The notes under the pieces are model-generated. The model ran no database searches and was not told the DNA's origin. It worked only from the letters and a program-made list of their open reading frames with translations. The position numbers and the translations under genes were made by a program. Positions 27,988 through 37,926 of a stretch of DNA of 64,000 bases are shown in pieces (within the stretch, counting starts at the first letter, position 1; each line of letters opens with the position of its first letter). The stretch comes from a virus (lineage: Duplodnaviria; Caudoviricetes): positions 190-64,189 of the IMG/VR virus record IMGVR_UViG_3300025769_000106. One strand, given 5' to 3'.

Positions 27988-30900
27988 TCAGTACGAGTCA
28001 TCTGCCTCGGAACGATCACTCGGCTCCACTTCTTGCTCATTTTCCATTTCCTTTTGTGTTTTTCTTGGAACTCGAAGTGTGGCCTCCCCATCAGCCACAT
28101 CCAACGTGGTGGATTGATCTTCTCCATCCTTTACTTTGAGATGATAAATTGGATCTGTTTCGATTGGTTCTTCCTGTTCTTTAGGATCGTAAAAGGTGGT
28201 GGCACTTTCATCAATCAACTTTGTAGGACCAGTTGGCGCAGTTATGTCTGCTTGCATACCCGACCAAGCACCCCCATCTGGTGAAATACGGTTCATGCGA
28301 GGGAACATCCTTTCAATGATGTCATCATCAATTGCCTCATTGACTGTCCATTTGTCGCCATCTTCTGTTCGCTCAATGCCATACTCTCCTGCGAACATCT
28401 CAAGCATTTTTTTGTTTAATCCCTCGACCATGCTCAACAATTTTTTAGTCGTCTTGGCCTTGTTATCGCTTGTGATTGCAGAACGAACCTGTTTCATCGT
28501 ACTCGCAACATTGTCTCCTTCTTCTCCTACGCCTTCAATTGCTGGCGCACGGAGTAAAGCAGTTTTTGCAATCTTCAATTTCTTTGGTTTTCGTTTCCTC
28601 GAAGAATGAAGAGGGTTGTGAGTACCTGCGCTACTTGAAGTAAATGCGCCCCCAGATGATGCAACCGCTGTTTTGAACAGAGAAATTGCAACAGGCCCCC
28701 AAATAGGTGAATCTCTTTCTGCCTTTGCAAACAATGCATCATTGCCTTCAATTGAATCGATGTTGAAAGTACCTTGATCATATGATCCTTTGAATACAAC
28801 TGGTTCAATGATGGATGGATACGCCAACTTTACTCGATCAGGATAAACCATAACTTCGGGCATTGGAGGATAAAACGCCTTGGCGATGTCCTCTTTCGCA
28901 TATCGGATCCATTTGGGATGAACCTCTTTTTCCTTCATGAATGTGGACTTTGAGTCTCGAATAAGCAATTCCTCTTTATCCAAAGCATTGACTGTTTTCA
29001 ACAGTCCCTCTTGATCGGTGGATACACAATTGGTGGGCATTGGAAAATGCACTTGAGGAGTTGAATCGTAAAGAGTCCTCAATGCATTCACGCGATCTTC
29101 CAAAGGTTCCATGTGCATATCTGTACCTTTGTGAACGAGCAGATCAACAACATGAAGCACACCATCATCAAGGTAAGCATCGAAAGTGAAGTCTCCTGTG
29201 ATCTCACGAAGGTTCTTCCTAACATCGGATGGCAACTTTCCTCCTTTGATGTGATTGCCTTTCTTTTCAATAAACATCCGTTCGCCTTTGGGCATTTTTT
29301 GAACAACCCAATCTCCTGTAAAGCCTCGCAACTTTTCCATCTCATCAAGGTTATGAATGGTGTAAGCAGGGATTATCTTGGTTTTGAAAACCCCAGTTGC
29401 CTTGTAATCTTCGGATTTGTGAATATCTCCTGTCGCCAAAGGAGATAGGCCACGGCTATCGAGCGAACTCAATGCTTGAATGTCTTTTTGTTTTGCACCT
29501 ACGGGGAGGTCGATCAACCCTGGAAGCACGGCGTCCACGTGTTTTTCATGAGCAGTTCTTTGCATGATCTGGAATGGTTCATCCGTCATTCCAAATACAA
29601 TTCCTTCTTGCTTTGGATCATACTTCCATGTCAAATTTGTTGGCATCTCATGCCCCCAAAGGTGAGTATTCCCCGTATTATACACGGGAGGAGATGTTGC
29701 GTGAGACATTGGATGGACTGGACCCAAAGGTTTGACAGTCATGTTCATATTGCCCATTTCATCATAACCAGGTGCCAAAGCACGGTATGTTTCGCCCATT
29801 GCCATTTTCTTCAATGCAAAGTCAGCAGCACTTGCAATTTGTTGAAGGTTTCCTCTTGCGATCAAGGACTGTTCAGCATTTTGAGGATCAGTAGGATTGA
29901 TTGCCCCTGAGCCAAATTGTTTCATGACACGCATAGCCATATTGGACATCGCTTGCCCCAAATGCATATCATTCGCTGCATAAAGTGCATTGTGAGCGTC
30001 CCAGTATTCTTTTGAAGAGGAGGGGTGATCTTCCCTAAACATCCCAATTCGAGGAGAACCCATATCGGCTTGACCTGCCAAAGAAAGCCCTAATCGACTC
30101 AACATGAGATTATCGCTTGGAACAATCATTCGACCACCTTGGCCTTTGATCTCACTTGGATGCAAAAAGTGAAGGTTTGAACCATGGCTCCAATTTGCTC
30201 TGCGTTGTTCAAAGAATTCGCTATCGCCCAACGATGACTTGATTGCTGATCGAGAAGGATGATAATCAGTTGCTGGATGATTTACAGCAACAGGGAAATG
30301 GCTTCCCCCATCATGATCGTATTGCATGAAAGCGGATGCGTTTTGATTTATCAGCATATCCGATAGCCATCCAGATCCGAACCACTTTGGATACGATTGC
30401 TCAAACATTTGGCGCAGGGATTCCACGTTTCGACCAACTCCACCCCATGGCATGAACAGTTCCCACCAATGGTGGTTTGTTGATTCTTGAATACTGCCAT
30501 TTTCATGAACCCACGGACTCATGATATGTTCATCGGCGTTGTTTGCCTTTGCCATCATGCCCTGTCCAAGACCAAGAGGGCTTACAGGTCCGTGCCGATC
30601 ACTTGGGCGGAGCCACCAACCAAGGAGAGGCGTAAATCGTTCCCTCCAATTCCTCAATGCTCGACCCCAAGACAAACCTGCCTTTTCTTGCATTTTGTTT
30701 TGGAAATAACGGAAATCGGGAGATCCTGGTTCCGTTCCGTTCATGGCTTCCAACAAATCAAAAAACGCTTTTCGTTGTTCGTGAGTATTGTATTCAAGCC
30801 CAAACAAAAAAGGAGCAAAGCCTAATTCGGTTTTCCATTCATTGATTTTGCCTTGTTCATAATCCTCATCGCTAACATGAGAGTATCGATTCCTATCTCT

Positions 30901-31398
30901 TTTGTGGAGATCGTACATCGTTTCCTTTGGATCTCCATAGAACATTTTGTCGTAGTCGAGAACACGTTCTTTTTCTGCGATAGTCTGCAAGTTTGGCATC
31001 GCATAAGCAATATGGTCTGCATAAGCAGGATCTCCGTGGACGGATCCATGAAGCAGAGGACAACTGTTTGATTTGACTCCAAAGGGGTGATGCTCTCCGT
31101 AGCGGTTGTCAACTGCTGCCGACATCCAATCTCGTACAGGGTCGTTGGTCATTTTTGTATGACCTGCGGTGAAATCAGCATATTCTGGGATTTTCATCAT
31201 TGAAACAGGCATTGCCGATGATAAGTCATTCATTCGGAACTCTGGCTTTTGCATACCCATAGCGAGAAGAGTTGCCATGTCTTCCTTAACCAGATCTGCG
31301 TTTTCAATTGATTTTAAGAACGGATCGAAGTTGAAGTCAACACCTCGATGAATCGCAATAATTGCGTCGGTTCTCAGTCTATCAATTTGAGTTGTCAA
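27988..31398 (-). CDS. 1136-aa head-module protein with a degenerate ATP-dependent ligase-like (nucleotidyltransferase) domain
   Basis: WVVQKMPKGERMFI (motif I-like), FTFDAYL (III), LHVVDLL (IIIa), EELLIRDSKSTF (IV) and PKWIRY (V); several catalytic positions deviate. Confidence 0.55.
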   Translation of the reverse strand: MTTQIDRLRTDAIIAIHRGVDFNFDPFLKSIENADLVKEDMATLLAMGMQKPEFRMNDLSSAMPVSMMKIPEYADFTAGHTKMTNDPVRDWMSAAVDNRYGEHHPFGVKSNSCPLLHGSVHGDPAYADHIAYAMPNLQTIAEKERVLDYDKMFYGDPKETMYDLHKRDRNRYSHVSDEDYEQGKINEWKTELGFAPFLFGLEYNTHEQRKAFFDLLEAMNGTEPGSPDFRYFQNKMQEKAGLSWGRALRNWRERFTPLLGWWLRPSDRHGPVSPLGLGQGMMAKANNADEHIMSPWVHENGSIQESTNHHWWELFMPWGGVGRNVESLRQMFEQSYPKWFGSGWLSDMLINQNASAFMQYDHDGGSHFPVAVNHPATDYHPSRSAIKSSLGDSEFFEQRRANWSHGSNLHFLHPSEIKGQGGRMIVPSDNLMLSRLGLSLAGQADMGSPRIGMFREDHPSSSKEYWDAHNALYAANDMHLGQAMSNMAMRVMKQFGSGAINPTDPQNAEQSLIARGNLQQIASAADFALKKMAMGETYRALAPGYDEMGNMNMTVKPLGPVHPMSHATSPPVYNTGNTHLWGHEMPTNLTWKYDPKQEGIVFGMTDEPFQIMQRTAHEKHVDAVLPGLIDLPVGAKQKDIQALSSLDSRGLSPLATGDIHKSEDYKATGVFKTKIIPAYTIHNLDEMEKLRGFTGDWVVQKMPKGERMFIEKKGNHIKGGKLPSDVRKNLREITGDFTFDAYLDDGVLHVVDLLVHKGTDMHMEPLEDRVNALRTLYDSTPQVHFPMPTNCVSTDQEGLLKTVNALDKEELLIRDSKSTFMKEKEVHPKWIRYAKEDIAKAFYPPMPEVMVYPDRVKLAYPSIIEPVVFKGSYDQGTFNIDSIEGNDALFAKAERDSPIWGPVAISLFKTAVASSGGAFTSSSAGTHNPLHSSRKRKPKKLKIAKTALLRAPAIEGVGEEGDNVASTMKQVRSAITSDNKAKTTKKLLSMVEGLNKKMLEMFAGEYGIERTEDGDKWTVNEAIDDDIIERMFPRMNRISPDGGAWSGMQADITAPTGPTKLIDESATTFYDPKEQEEPIETDPIYHLKVKDGEDQSTTLDVADGEATLRVPRKTQKEMENEQEVEPSDRSEADDSY

Positions 31399-31411
31399 TT
31401 TGAAACCCCCT

Positions 31412-32299
31412 TCAATCGGAGGCCAAATGATCTTTCACTTGCTTGATAAGACCCTCAATCTCGCCAATCACGCCTTGGTTGACCTTAGATGCGCCCTTTG
31501 TCAAAGAAGCAAGCCTCTCTTCAATTGGTGCAAGGTTTGGAATGTTTCCTGCATTGCCCCCATCTGTTAAGTGCATATGTAGGGAACTGCTTTTTGCAGT
31601 ATATCCCTGTTGAGAGTAAGCAGGGATCTTGGCTTTCTCGCTAACGATTTTCTTTTTGATTCCGTCTTGGGTGTGAGGGATCCTTTGATTGGTTGTGAAA
31701 CCACGTGCGATCACAGGGATTCCTCCATCCACGTTTTGGAATCGAGGGACGCTGTTCATTGAACTTGGCTCTTTTTCGTACTTTTGCAAATCGTCAACTG
31801 ATGATCCTTCTTCATTGCCTCGAATGAGAATTCCACGCACTTTCGATGGCAACTTCATGTTGCCATGATTCTCATCAAGGTGTTCCATTATCGATTCTGG
31901 TTCACGCAGATCATCCATTCGAGAATCAAAAGCAACTGGATTCAATGTGCAATTGATTGCTTGATGCTCTCCGCTTCGACCAGGCATTCCACATTCTTCG
32001 TGAGGATTTGCACCACATCGAGGGCAATTATCGGATGCATCGCCTTTGATAACGGTCTTGCCTTTTTTTGGAGTTGGCAACTTCGGTGCTGGCTTTTGGC
32101 CTCGATCCGATTTGTATCCTTCTCTCGCCATTGATCCTTCAATTGCCTTTGCACGTTTCTTTTCATAGCCCGACAACTTGCCATCTTTGTCAAGATCAGC
32201 CTTCTTTTTGTTTTTGACCGCTTTCAAAAGATCTCGGACTTCTGTGAGCAATATACCCTCTTGGGAATTTGTCATTGGATCGTACCATTGTGCGCTCAT
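31412..32299 (-). CDS. Hypothetical protein with EF-hand-like loop and Zn-finger
   Basis: DLDKDGKLSGYE; CPRCGANPHEEC; ATG at 32299 follows GGTGA and overlaps the upstream stop. Confidence 0.55.
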   Translation of the reverse strand: MSAQWYDPMTNSQEGILLTEVRDLLKAVKNKKKADLDKDGKLSGYEKKRAKAIEGSMAREGYKSDRGQKPAPKLPTPKKGKTVIKGDASDNCPRCGANPHEECGMPGRSGEHQAINCTLNPVAFDSRMDDLREPESIMEHLDENHGNMKLPSKVRGILIRGNEEGSSVDDLQKYEKEPSSMNSVPRFQNVDGGIPVIARGFTTNQRIPHTQDGIKKKIVSEKAKIPAYSQQGYTAKSSSLHMHLTDGGNAGNIPNLAPIEERLASLTKGASKVNQGVIGEIEGLIKQVKDHLASD

Positions 32300-32637
32300 C
32301 GTGATTTCACCTGTCTTTCTGCGTCTTCCCATTCTCGAAGTTGTTCGTCCCTTGACTTTAGGAACAAATCTCCACTTCCTTCAAATGGGCTTGAAAATGC
32401 GCTACTGTCAGCAACCGCTCGATTCAATGGATCAAATGTTTCATCTGCATGAGGTGTTTGAAATTTCTTCCACCCATGCTTTCGCATAATGGTTTCAGGA
32501 TCATCAACGGCCTTTCTCAAGTTTGAATTCTCTTGTTCGAGAGCCTCAATTCGTTGACGCATATTGCGTACTTCGCCAACCAACTCTTTCATGAGTTCAA
32601 CCTGATCTGCGGCGGTCGTGTCTTCACTTGACATCAC
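32296..32637 (-). CDS. Coiled-coil hypothetical protein
   Basis: 113 aa heptad pattern; translationally coupled. Confidence 0.55.
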   Translation of the reverse strand: MMSSEDTTAADQVELMKELVGEVRNMRQRIEALEQENSNLRKAVDDPETIMRKHGWKKFQTPHADETFDPLNRAVADSSAFSSPFEGSGDLFLKSRDEQLREWEDAERQVKSR

Positions 32638-33071
32638 ATTCCACCTCCCATCATGCCTGGTGGCATATTCATTGGAGGTTGTTGTGTGTTTGCCGCCGCC
32701 ATTGGGTCATTGCCCATTCCCATTGGAACCATTGGATTGACTTGTAAAACGGAAGCATGAGCCTCACGAATCTTTGCCGCATCTCCTTGACAGGAAAGGA
32801 CTTTTGCTCGCATTTGCTCTCCTGCTGTTTGCAACATGAAAGTCGTTGCTGCATCAACATTTGCAGATCTTGCTTGACCCATAAGGGTGTTAAGTTGAGC
32901 AATTTCGTCTGCTAAAGCAGCCAATCCCAAATCGATACTGTCGATCAAGGCTTTGGCAGGAGCCGTGGAAACATTGGTTGGTTCATTGCCCAACGGCGGT
33001 GGCGTTTGTTTGCGAATCATGTCTTGAACGTGAAAGGTTTCACGCTGTTTGAATCCTTCGTGTCGGTACAA
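32634..33071 (-). CDS. Hypothetical helical protein, Met/Pro-rich C-terminus
   Basis: 145 aa ORF in the portal-protease interval. Confidence 0.5.
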   Translation of the reverse strand: MYRHEGFKQRETFHVQDMIRKQTPPPLGNEPTNVSTAPAKALIDSIDLGLAALADEIAQLNTLMGQARSANVDAATTFMLQTAGEQMRAKVLSCQGDAAKIREAHASVLQVNPMVPMGMGNDPMAAANTQQPPMNMPPGMMGGGM

Positions 33072-33072
33072 T

Positions 33073-33471
33073 TCAAATCACCCGATGCGGTTGGAAGTAT
33101 CCAGAATCTCGTCCATGGCGACTCACTCCCAATGCAACGGCATTTTCAGTTCCATTGTAATCCGATGCGGTATTATCGAATTGTGGGATTGAACCAAGGA
33201 ATTGGTCGGATGCAGGTTTCTTTGCCATTGATTTGGCGAGGAGGTCGTGTGTGCTTAGATCGGATTTGAGCATCGAAAGAGCGTTCTCTGCTGCTTGCAA
33301 GTGCATAGCAATCGAATCTCGATCATTCTCTGCAATTGCCTTTTCAATCGCTTCAACTGCTGCCTTTGCTCGACGAGCCATAGGATCCATTTTTTCGATT
33401 ATTCCAAAACCATTCGTCATGTCGCTCATCCTTCCCCATGTCTCACCTGTTAAAGAGCGTTCCGCTTTCAT
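33073..33471 (-). CDS. Hypothetical helical protein
   Basis: 132 aa ORF directly after the portal; start uncertain (33471 or 33429). Confidence 0.5.
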   Translation of the reverse strand: MKAERSLTGETWGRMSDMTNGFGIIEKMDPMARRAKAAVEAIEKAIAENDRDSIAMHLQAAENALSMLKSDLSTHDLLAKSMAKKPASDQFLGSIPQFDNTASDYNGTENAVALGVSRHGRDSGYFQPHRVI

Positions 33472-35267
33472 TCATCCAATCCTTTACGCTTTTTCATTTG
33501 ATTCAACTTGTGATCTGCCGCTGATTCCGCTGGTGATTTGAGATCTCGTTTGTCTGTTTTTTTGGTCGCACCAGTTGGTGATCCTTCTTGACGCCGAACC
33601 ATGCCTGGTGATGAACCGCCCGATTGACGGGTGTTTTGGCTGAGGGTTCGCAAAGGAGGGATGTCATTTGTCGGATCCATTGCGGTGTGCATGGCCGATG
33701 GAACAACCACCGATCCACGTGAAGGGGTGAACTCTGTTCTCTTGATGAGTATGTTTGGATCATCAATGTAGTCCTCATCAGTCTTTGCAACTTGCTGACC
33801 GCCTTGTTGACCGCCTTGCTGTTGAGCGGCAGCGGCTTGAGCGGCAGCGACTTCTTCAGGATTCGGCTCACGGAAATCAAAGTGTAGGATTTTATCGTCA
33901 ATTCCATCTCGAAGAGTTGCTTCATAACCTGCTTGTTTCATCTGCATCATGTTGCGGATTGCCATTTCATCTCTTCGCAGGTGCATGATTTCATCTTCCT
34001 CTTCATGCGGGTTGAGTTTCAATTCCCATTCGGTTATGTCGAACGCTTCTGCGATTTGTGGGAAAAGAACTCGATTGTAAATGGATTGAGCGTAGGCAAC
34101 AGAACGATTGCTGACTACAATCTGCATTCCCTCGTTGTTCAAGCCTCCACCCGATACATCATTCATGAATACATTGGATACGCCAAAGAATGCTGCGATA
34201 CGCTGGCGAATGTCATCCTTGATCGGGATGTATTGAAGTTCCTCCAGGGTGTCCATCATACGAACATACTCAAGGCCACCACGCCCAGATTCGGTTTCAA
34301 CACCAATTGTTGGAATGTAATTTGGATCTCGTTCGAGATGCTCTTGGATATTGCGAGCCGTTCTTTCAACGGTTTCCATGTTGGATGACTTGATGACCAT
34401 CACGCCACGTGGCATACGCTTCTTTTGATATGCCGAATACACATAATTGTCCATCGCAATCAGGGTGTTCACTTGACGCCACATCGTTGCCACAGGACTT
34501 CGACCGTACAACTTGGATGGCGACCATTTGCTGATATGGATAACTTCGCCCTCAGTATAGACCTGCCCCTTTCCAACACCTGCCAAATTCATGTAATGAA
34601 TCGGTACAACTGGCGTTCCAGTCGTCGGACACTTTTTCTTTGGGTCATTGGTTCGGAAGGTTCGATCAACCAGACTTGTGTATTGGCTCCCTCCTCGAAC
34701 ACCACGCTTATCCGCAAGTATTCGCATGAAAATAGGATCTGCACGGCTGATCTCTTTCACTCGATAGAACATAATTTTCTTGGTATCTGGATCAACGAAG
34801 TATTCTTTGGTGAGGATGATGTATGCGTCATCGACGATGTTGAGATCCATTTCAACCTCTCTTAGGATTTCAATGAAGTCTTGCAACATATTGTTTTGTG
34901 AAGACAACAACGTTTCCGCATATTCCAATTGCGATTTATCGGCTTTTCTCACCTGACCTCCACATTTTGTGCATTCCTCAACTTCTTGATTGTAGGTTTC
35001 ATCGCATTCTCTGCATTTTACAACGAACTTAGGTTTCCACCCAAATCCTTTGCGGAATGTTTCGACTGAAAGGTGGTTGAGGATTGATCTAAGGACGACG
35101 CACTCATACGATGCTGCGTAAAGGGCAGGGATTGTAATACCCTGCAAAAGAGCAGGTTCTTGTATTCCAGATTGGAATAAAGGCATCGATGGCATTGGGG
35201 TTGTATGCCTCTCCATGTCCATGCCAATGGCTGAGAATAGCCTCTCCATTTTCTTACGATCAGCCAT
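33468..35267 (-). CDS. Portal protein with Zn-ribbon insertion
   Basis: DLNIVDDAYI, EVIHISKW, LYGRSPV, PRGVMVI and IAAFFGVS are portal motifs; CRECDE...CTKCGG insert; near TerL. Confidence 0.85.
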   Translation of the reverse strand: MADRKKMERLFSAIGMDMERHTTPMPSMPLFQSGIQEPALLQGITIPALYAASYECVVLRSILNHLSVETFRKGFGWKPKFVVKCRECDETYNQEVEECTKCGGQVRKADKSQLEYAETLLSSQNNMLQDFIEILREVEMDLNIVDDAYIILTKEYFVDPDTKKIMFYRVKEISRADPIFMRILADKRGVRGGSQYTSLVDRTFRTNDPKKKCPTTGTPVVPIHYMNLAGVGKGQVYTEGEVIHISKWSPSKLYGRSPVATMWRQVNTLIAMDNYVYSAYQKKRMPRGVMVIKSSNMETVERTARNIQEHLERDPNYIPTIGVETESGRGGLEYVRMMDTLEELQYIPIKDDIRQRIAAFFGVSNVFMNDVSGGGLNNEGMQIVVSNRSVAYAQSIYNRVLFPQIAEAFDITEWELKLNPHEEEDEIMHLRRDEMAIRNMMQMKQAGYEATLRDGIDDKILHFDFREPNPEEVAAAQAAAAQQQGGQQGGQQVAKTDEDYIDDPNILIKRTEFTPSRGSVVVPSAMHTAMDPTNDIPPLRTLSQNTRQSGGSSPGMVRRQEGSPTGATKKTDKRDLKSPAESAADHKLNQMKKRKGLDE

Positions 35268-36492
35268 TCACTACACTCTCCTTCATTGTGATGAAGTCTT
35301 CATCGGACATATTCCATGCCTTCAAAAGAGCAACTTTGCTTCGAGTTGACGATTGATCATAATTCAAACATCTCAAAGCCTCTTTATCCTGATCAATTGC
35401 CTTTCTCAAAATAATCGCCTCATCTGTTTTGTTGTGAATAAATGGAATGGCAATGTCCAATGATTTGGATACTGATTGCTCTCCCTCAATAACGAGTCCA
35501 TCTCCTTCTGCAATGATCCCCGCCACCCCCAATTCTTGGTTAAGAGCCGTTGCATAATGTTTGCATATTGCTGAATTGAAAGGAAGAATCAAACGGGGAA
35601 GACCTTGAGGATTTAATTCGATGGCTCCTCCGTGATCGAAAAGCCCCCCAATCAATGCCCCTGCATTTTTCACCAAAAGATCTCCTCGCTCCACATCATA
35701 AAATGTGCCACGCATATTGGCTTTACGACTTGACCCTACGGCGGATATTCCGTAAAGGAAACCATGGGATTTAATCAGCATGGAGACTTCTGTTGAACTG
35801 GCATCCAAACCATATGATTGTAGCGATTGTGCATTCATTGCACCACGGTCGTTTAGGTGTTCTGCACATTGCTTGAGGATCAAGTGTTCTCTTCGAGTCA
35901 AATGACTTTCCTTTGAAATCCGATTTGACCATGACTGATATGCCTGTTCCCGATCTGGGTCATCATTTGCATCATTCCATGACTTGACAAGCCTACGGAA
36001 CGGTATCTCCAATGTTTTTGGATTGCGTTGTAGCATTGAATAATCAAAGTCGGTGAATGGCAATTCATCGATCAAGTGTTCCGATACCGAGGGGTATGAT
36101 TTGAGAAGCGAGATTCTCTCTGCTCGGATCAAAGGCTTCAATACTGGAATAAGATCTTCTCGCCCTCCTTTGATGAACACGTCAAGGATTTCCGTCCCTT
36201 CCATACCAAAATTGTCTCGGAACCATGTTTTGCTAAGATACTGAGTCAATTCTGTCCCTGGCTGATCTGTTGGAGCGGTGCTTTCAGCAGAATCCATTCC
36301 CTCAATACCTGATTCTTCTCTTGGGCTGCCAACTTTCAATTCATTGTTGACCTTCTTTTTGTCTTGAAGAACCTTTTTCTCTTGGAGATTCACTTTCAAC
36401 TCTTGATCGATGACTTTGTTTGCATCCAACTTTTTCATCAAAGCATCTGCAATGGATTCAACACCATCAATTCCTTTGATTTCCTTAAGCAC
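35260..36492 (-). CDS. Hypothetical protein with winged-helix-like and degenerate LAGLIDADG-like regions
   Basis: GTG start overlaps the TerL end; ALIGGLFDHGGAIEL resembles a LAGLIDADG helix. Confidence 0.45.
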   Translation of the reverse strand: MLKEIKGIDGVESIADALMKKLDANKVIDQELKVNLQEKKVLQDKKKVNNELKVGSPREESGIEGMDSAESTAPTDQPGTELTQYLSKTWFRDNFGMEGTEILDVFIKGGREDLIPVLKPLIRAERISLLKSYPSVSEHLIDELPFTDFDYSMLQRNPKTLEIPFRRLVKSWNDANDDPDREQAYQSWSNRISKESHLTRREHLILKQCAEHLNDRGAMNAQSLQSYGLDASSTEVSMLIKSHGFLYGISAVGSSRKANMRGTFYDVERGDLLVKNAGALIGGLFDHGGAIELNPQGLPRLILPFNSAICKHYATALNQELGVAGIIAEGDGLVIEGEQSVSKSLDIAIPFIHNKTDEAIILRKAIDQDKEALRCLNYDQSSTRSKVALLKAWNMSDEDFITMKESVVNG

Positions 36493-37921
36493 CTGCCCAC
36501 CCCAGTCGTGATTGCCATTGTTCTGCATCAAGGATAACGATGTTGTCTCGATACTCCTTCGTAGCCTGAACGGAGAGGGCGAGAGCCATAACCATATCGT
36601 CGTGTCCACCAAGACTTTCCATTCGACCATTGTCGAGCATCGTGAAAGTGGAGAGTTCAGTAAGCAATGTGTTCATCAATCTCAACGTCCCTCCTTCGTC
36701 TTTGTAGGGTATAATCAGGTGGCCCCGTTCAAAGTGCAGTTGGAGGGTATGAATTAAAGCCTCTTTCTTCATTCGGCTCATATTGAATGGTTTTATCGGA
36801 AGATCTCCAATCTCGGCAAGGACTTGATTGAACGCCATTGCGAAGTTGTTTGTCTCCAATTCAATGATCACGGGATTGAATCTCGCATTCAATTCGATAA
36901 TTTTGTCGATCTGGGAGGAGAAGTCCATTCCCTTTTCATGATGGGTATGAACAATGTGCTTATGCCTGTTCTCATCCATTGCAATAACCATCATGCAGGT
37001 GTAATCCGCCTTTCGATTTGCAGAGATAGCAGGATCCCATCCGATGTAATAATTCAATTCTTGATCCGTCTTCGGATAATAGGAAAGAGCAAGTTGATCG
37101 TCTTTGACTTGATTCAAAACCTCTTCGGGGAAAAGACTTGCATCGCTTGCAATTGGCTTGCAAAGATACTCTCTTGTGAATGCGATGGAGGTCATGTCAT
37201 TGCGCCGATTATTCAAAGCCTCAAGCGACCAACGCTCTGGAAACAAAGGCTCTCCTGATCTTTCGTTGATCGCGGGGTACTCTCGAACAGCGTAGGACTT
37301 CAACTTCTTCAATTCGGAATACAGATCCGTGTACGAGAACGGCGTTCCAACAATGCACAATTGCGCGGTGTGGTGAAGAACTGGCAATAATGCCGTGTAA
37401 AACCATGACGAAATGTGCTTAAGTTGGGTTTGTGCTTCACTTGACAATATGTCGTCAAGGACTACAATTTGAGGGTGCGCTCCACGAACTGCCTTTCCAA
37501 CTGACATAGCGGAGATCGAGGATTTGTTTGTGAACTTGAACTTCTGCTTCGCCCAACCTCTTTTTGGTTTGAGATGTTGAAGTGCAGGGATTGATTCGAT
37601 CAATTCATTCATTTTTTGCATATGCTCAATTGACTGGTGTTGACTGTGGGAAAAGAACAGAACTTCGGTTCCAGGGTTGTACGCCATTTTCCACAAAAGG
37701 TACACTCGATAAAAAACGGATTTGCCATGATCACGGCTTGCAATGATGCAAGTCTTGCTGTTGTTTTCCGATAAATCATACCATTCTTGGTGGAACTTGG
37801 TTAAAATCCATGGATTGCGTTGATCGTATTTGCCACAGATCTCTTCAAAGAAGTATTTGAAATCCCGACGACCCATCTCAAAATCGACTTTGGCGGTCAG
37901 TTCTTGCATCCCGTCCGACAT
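36485..37921 (-). CDS. terL: Terminase large subunit
   Basis: Walker A IIASRDHGKS, Walker B IVVLDD, coupling motif VGTP, nuclease IGWDPA and GHDDMVMALAL. Confidence 0.92.
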   Translation of the reverse strand: MSDGMQELTAKVDFEMGRRDFKYFFEEICGKYDQRNPWILTKFHQEWYDLSENNSKTCIIASRDHGKSVFYRVYLLWKMAYNPGTEVLFFSHSQHQSIEHMQKMNELIESIPALQHLKPKRGWAKQKFKFTNKSSISAMSVGKAVRGAHPQIVVLDDILSSEAQTQLKHISSWFYTALLPVLHHTAQLCIVGTPFSYTDLYSELKKLKSYAVREYPAINERSGEPLFPERWSLEALNNRRNDMTSIAFTREYLCKPIASDASLFPEEVLNQVKDDQLALSYYPKTDQELNYYIGWDPAISANRKADYTCMMVIAMDENRHKHIVHTHHEKGMDFSSQIDKIIELNARFNPVIIELETNNFAMAFNQVLAEIGDLPIKPFNMSRMKKEALIHTLQLHFERGHLIIPYKDEGGTLRLMNTLLTELSTFTMLDNGRMESLGGHDDMVMALALSVQATKEYRDNIVILDAEQWQSRLGWAGA

Positions 37922-37926
37922 TCATC

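Noticed and set aside
28900-29400. Calling the 1136-aa protein a functional DNA ligase
   Set aside because: Motifs I, IV and V deviate and no OB domain is recognisable by eye; activity cannot be supported.
36485-37921. Intein or intron in the terminase or portal
   Set aside because: TerL has normal length and contiguous motifs; the portal insert is a short Zn ribbon with no splicing motifs.
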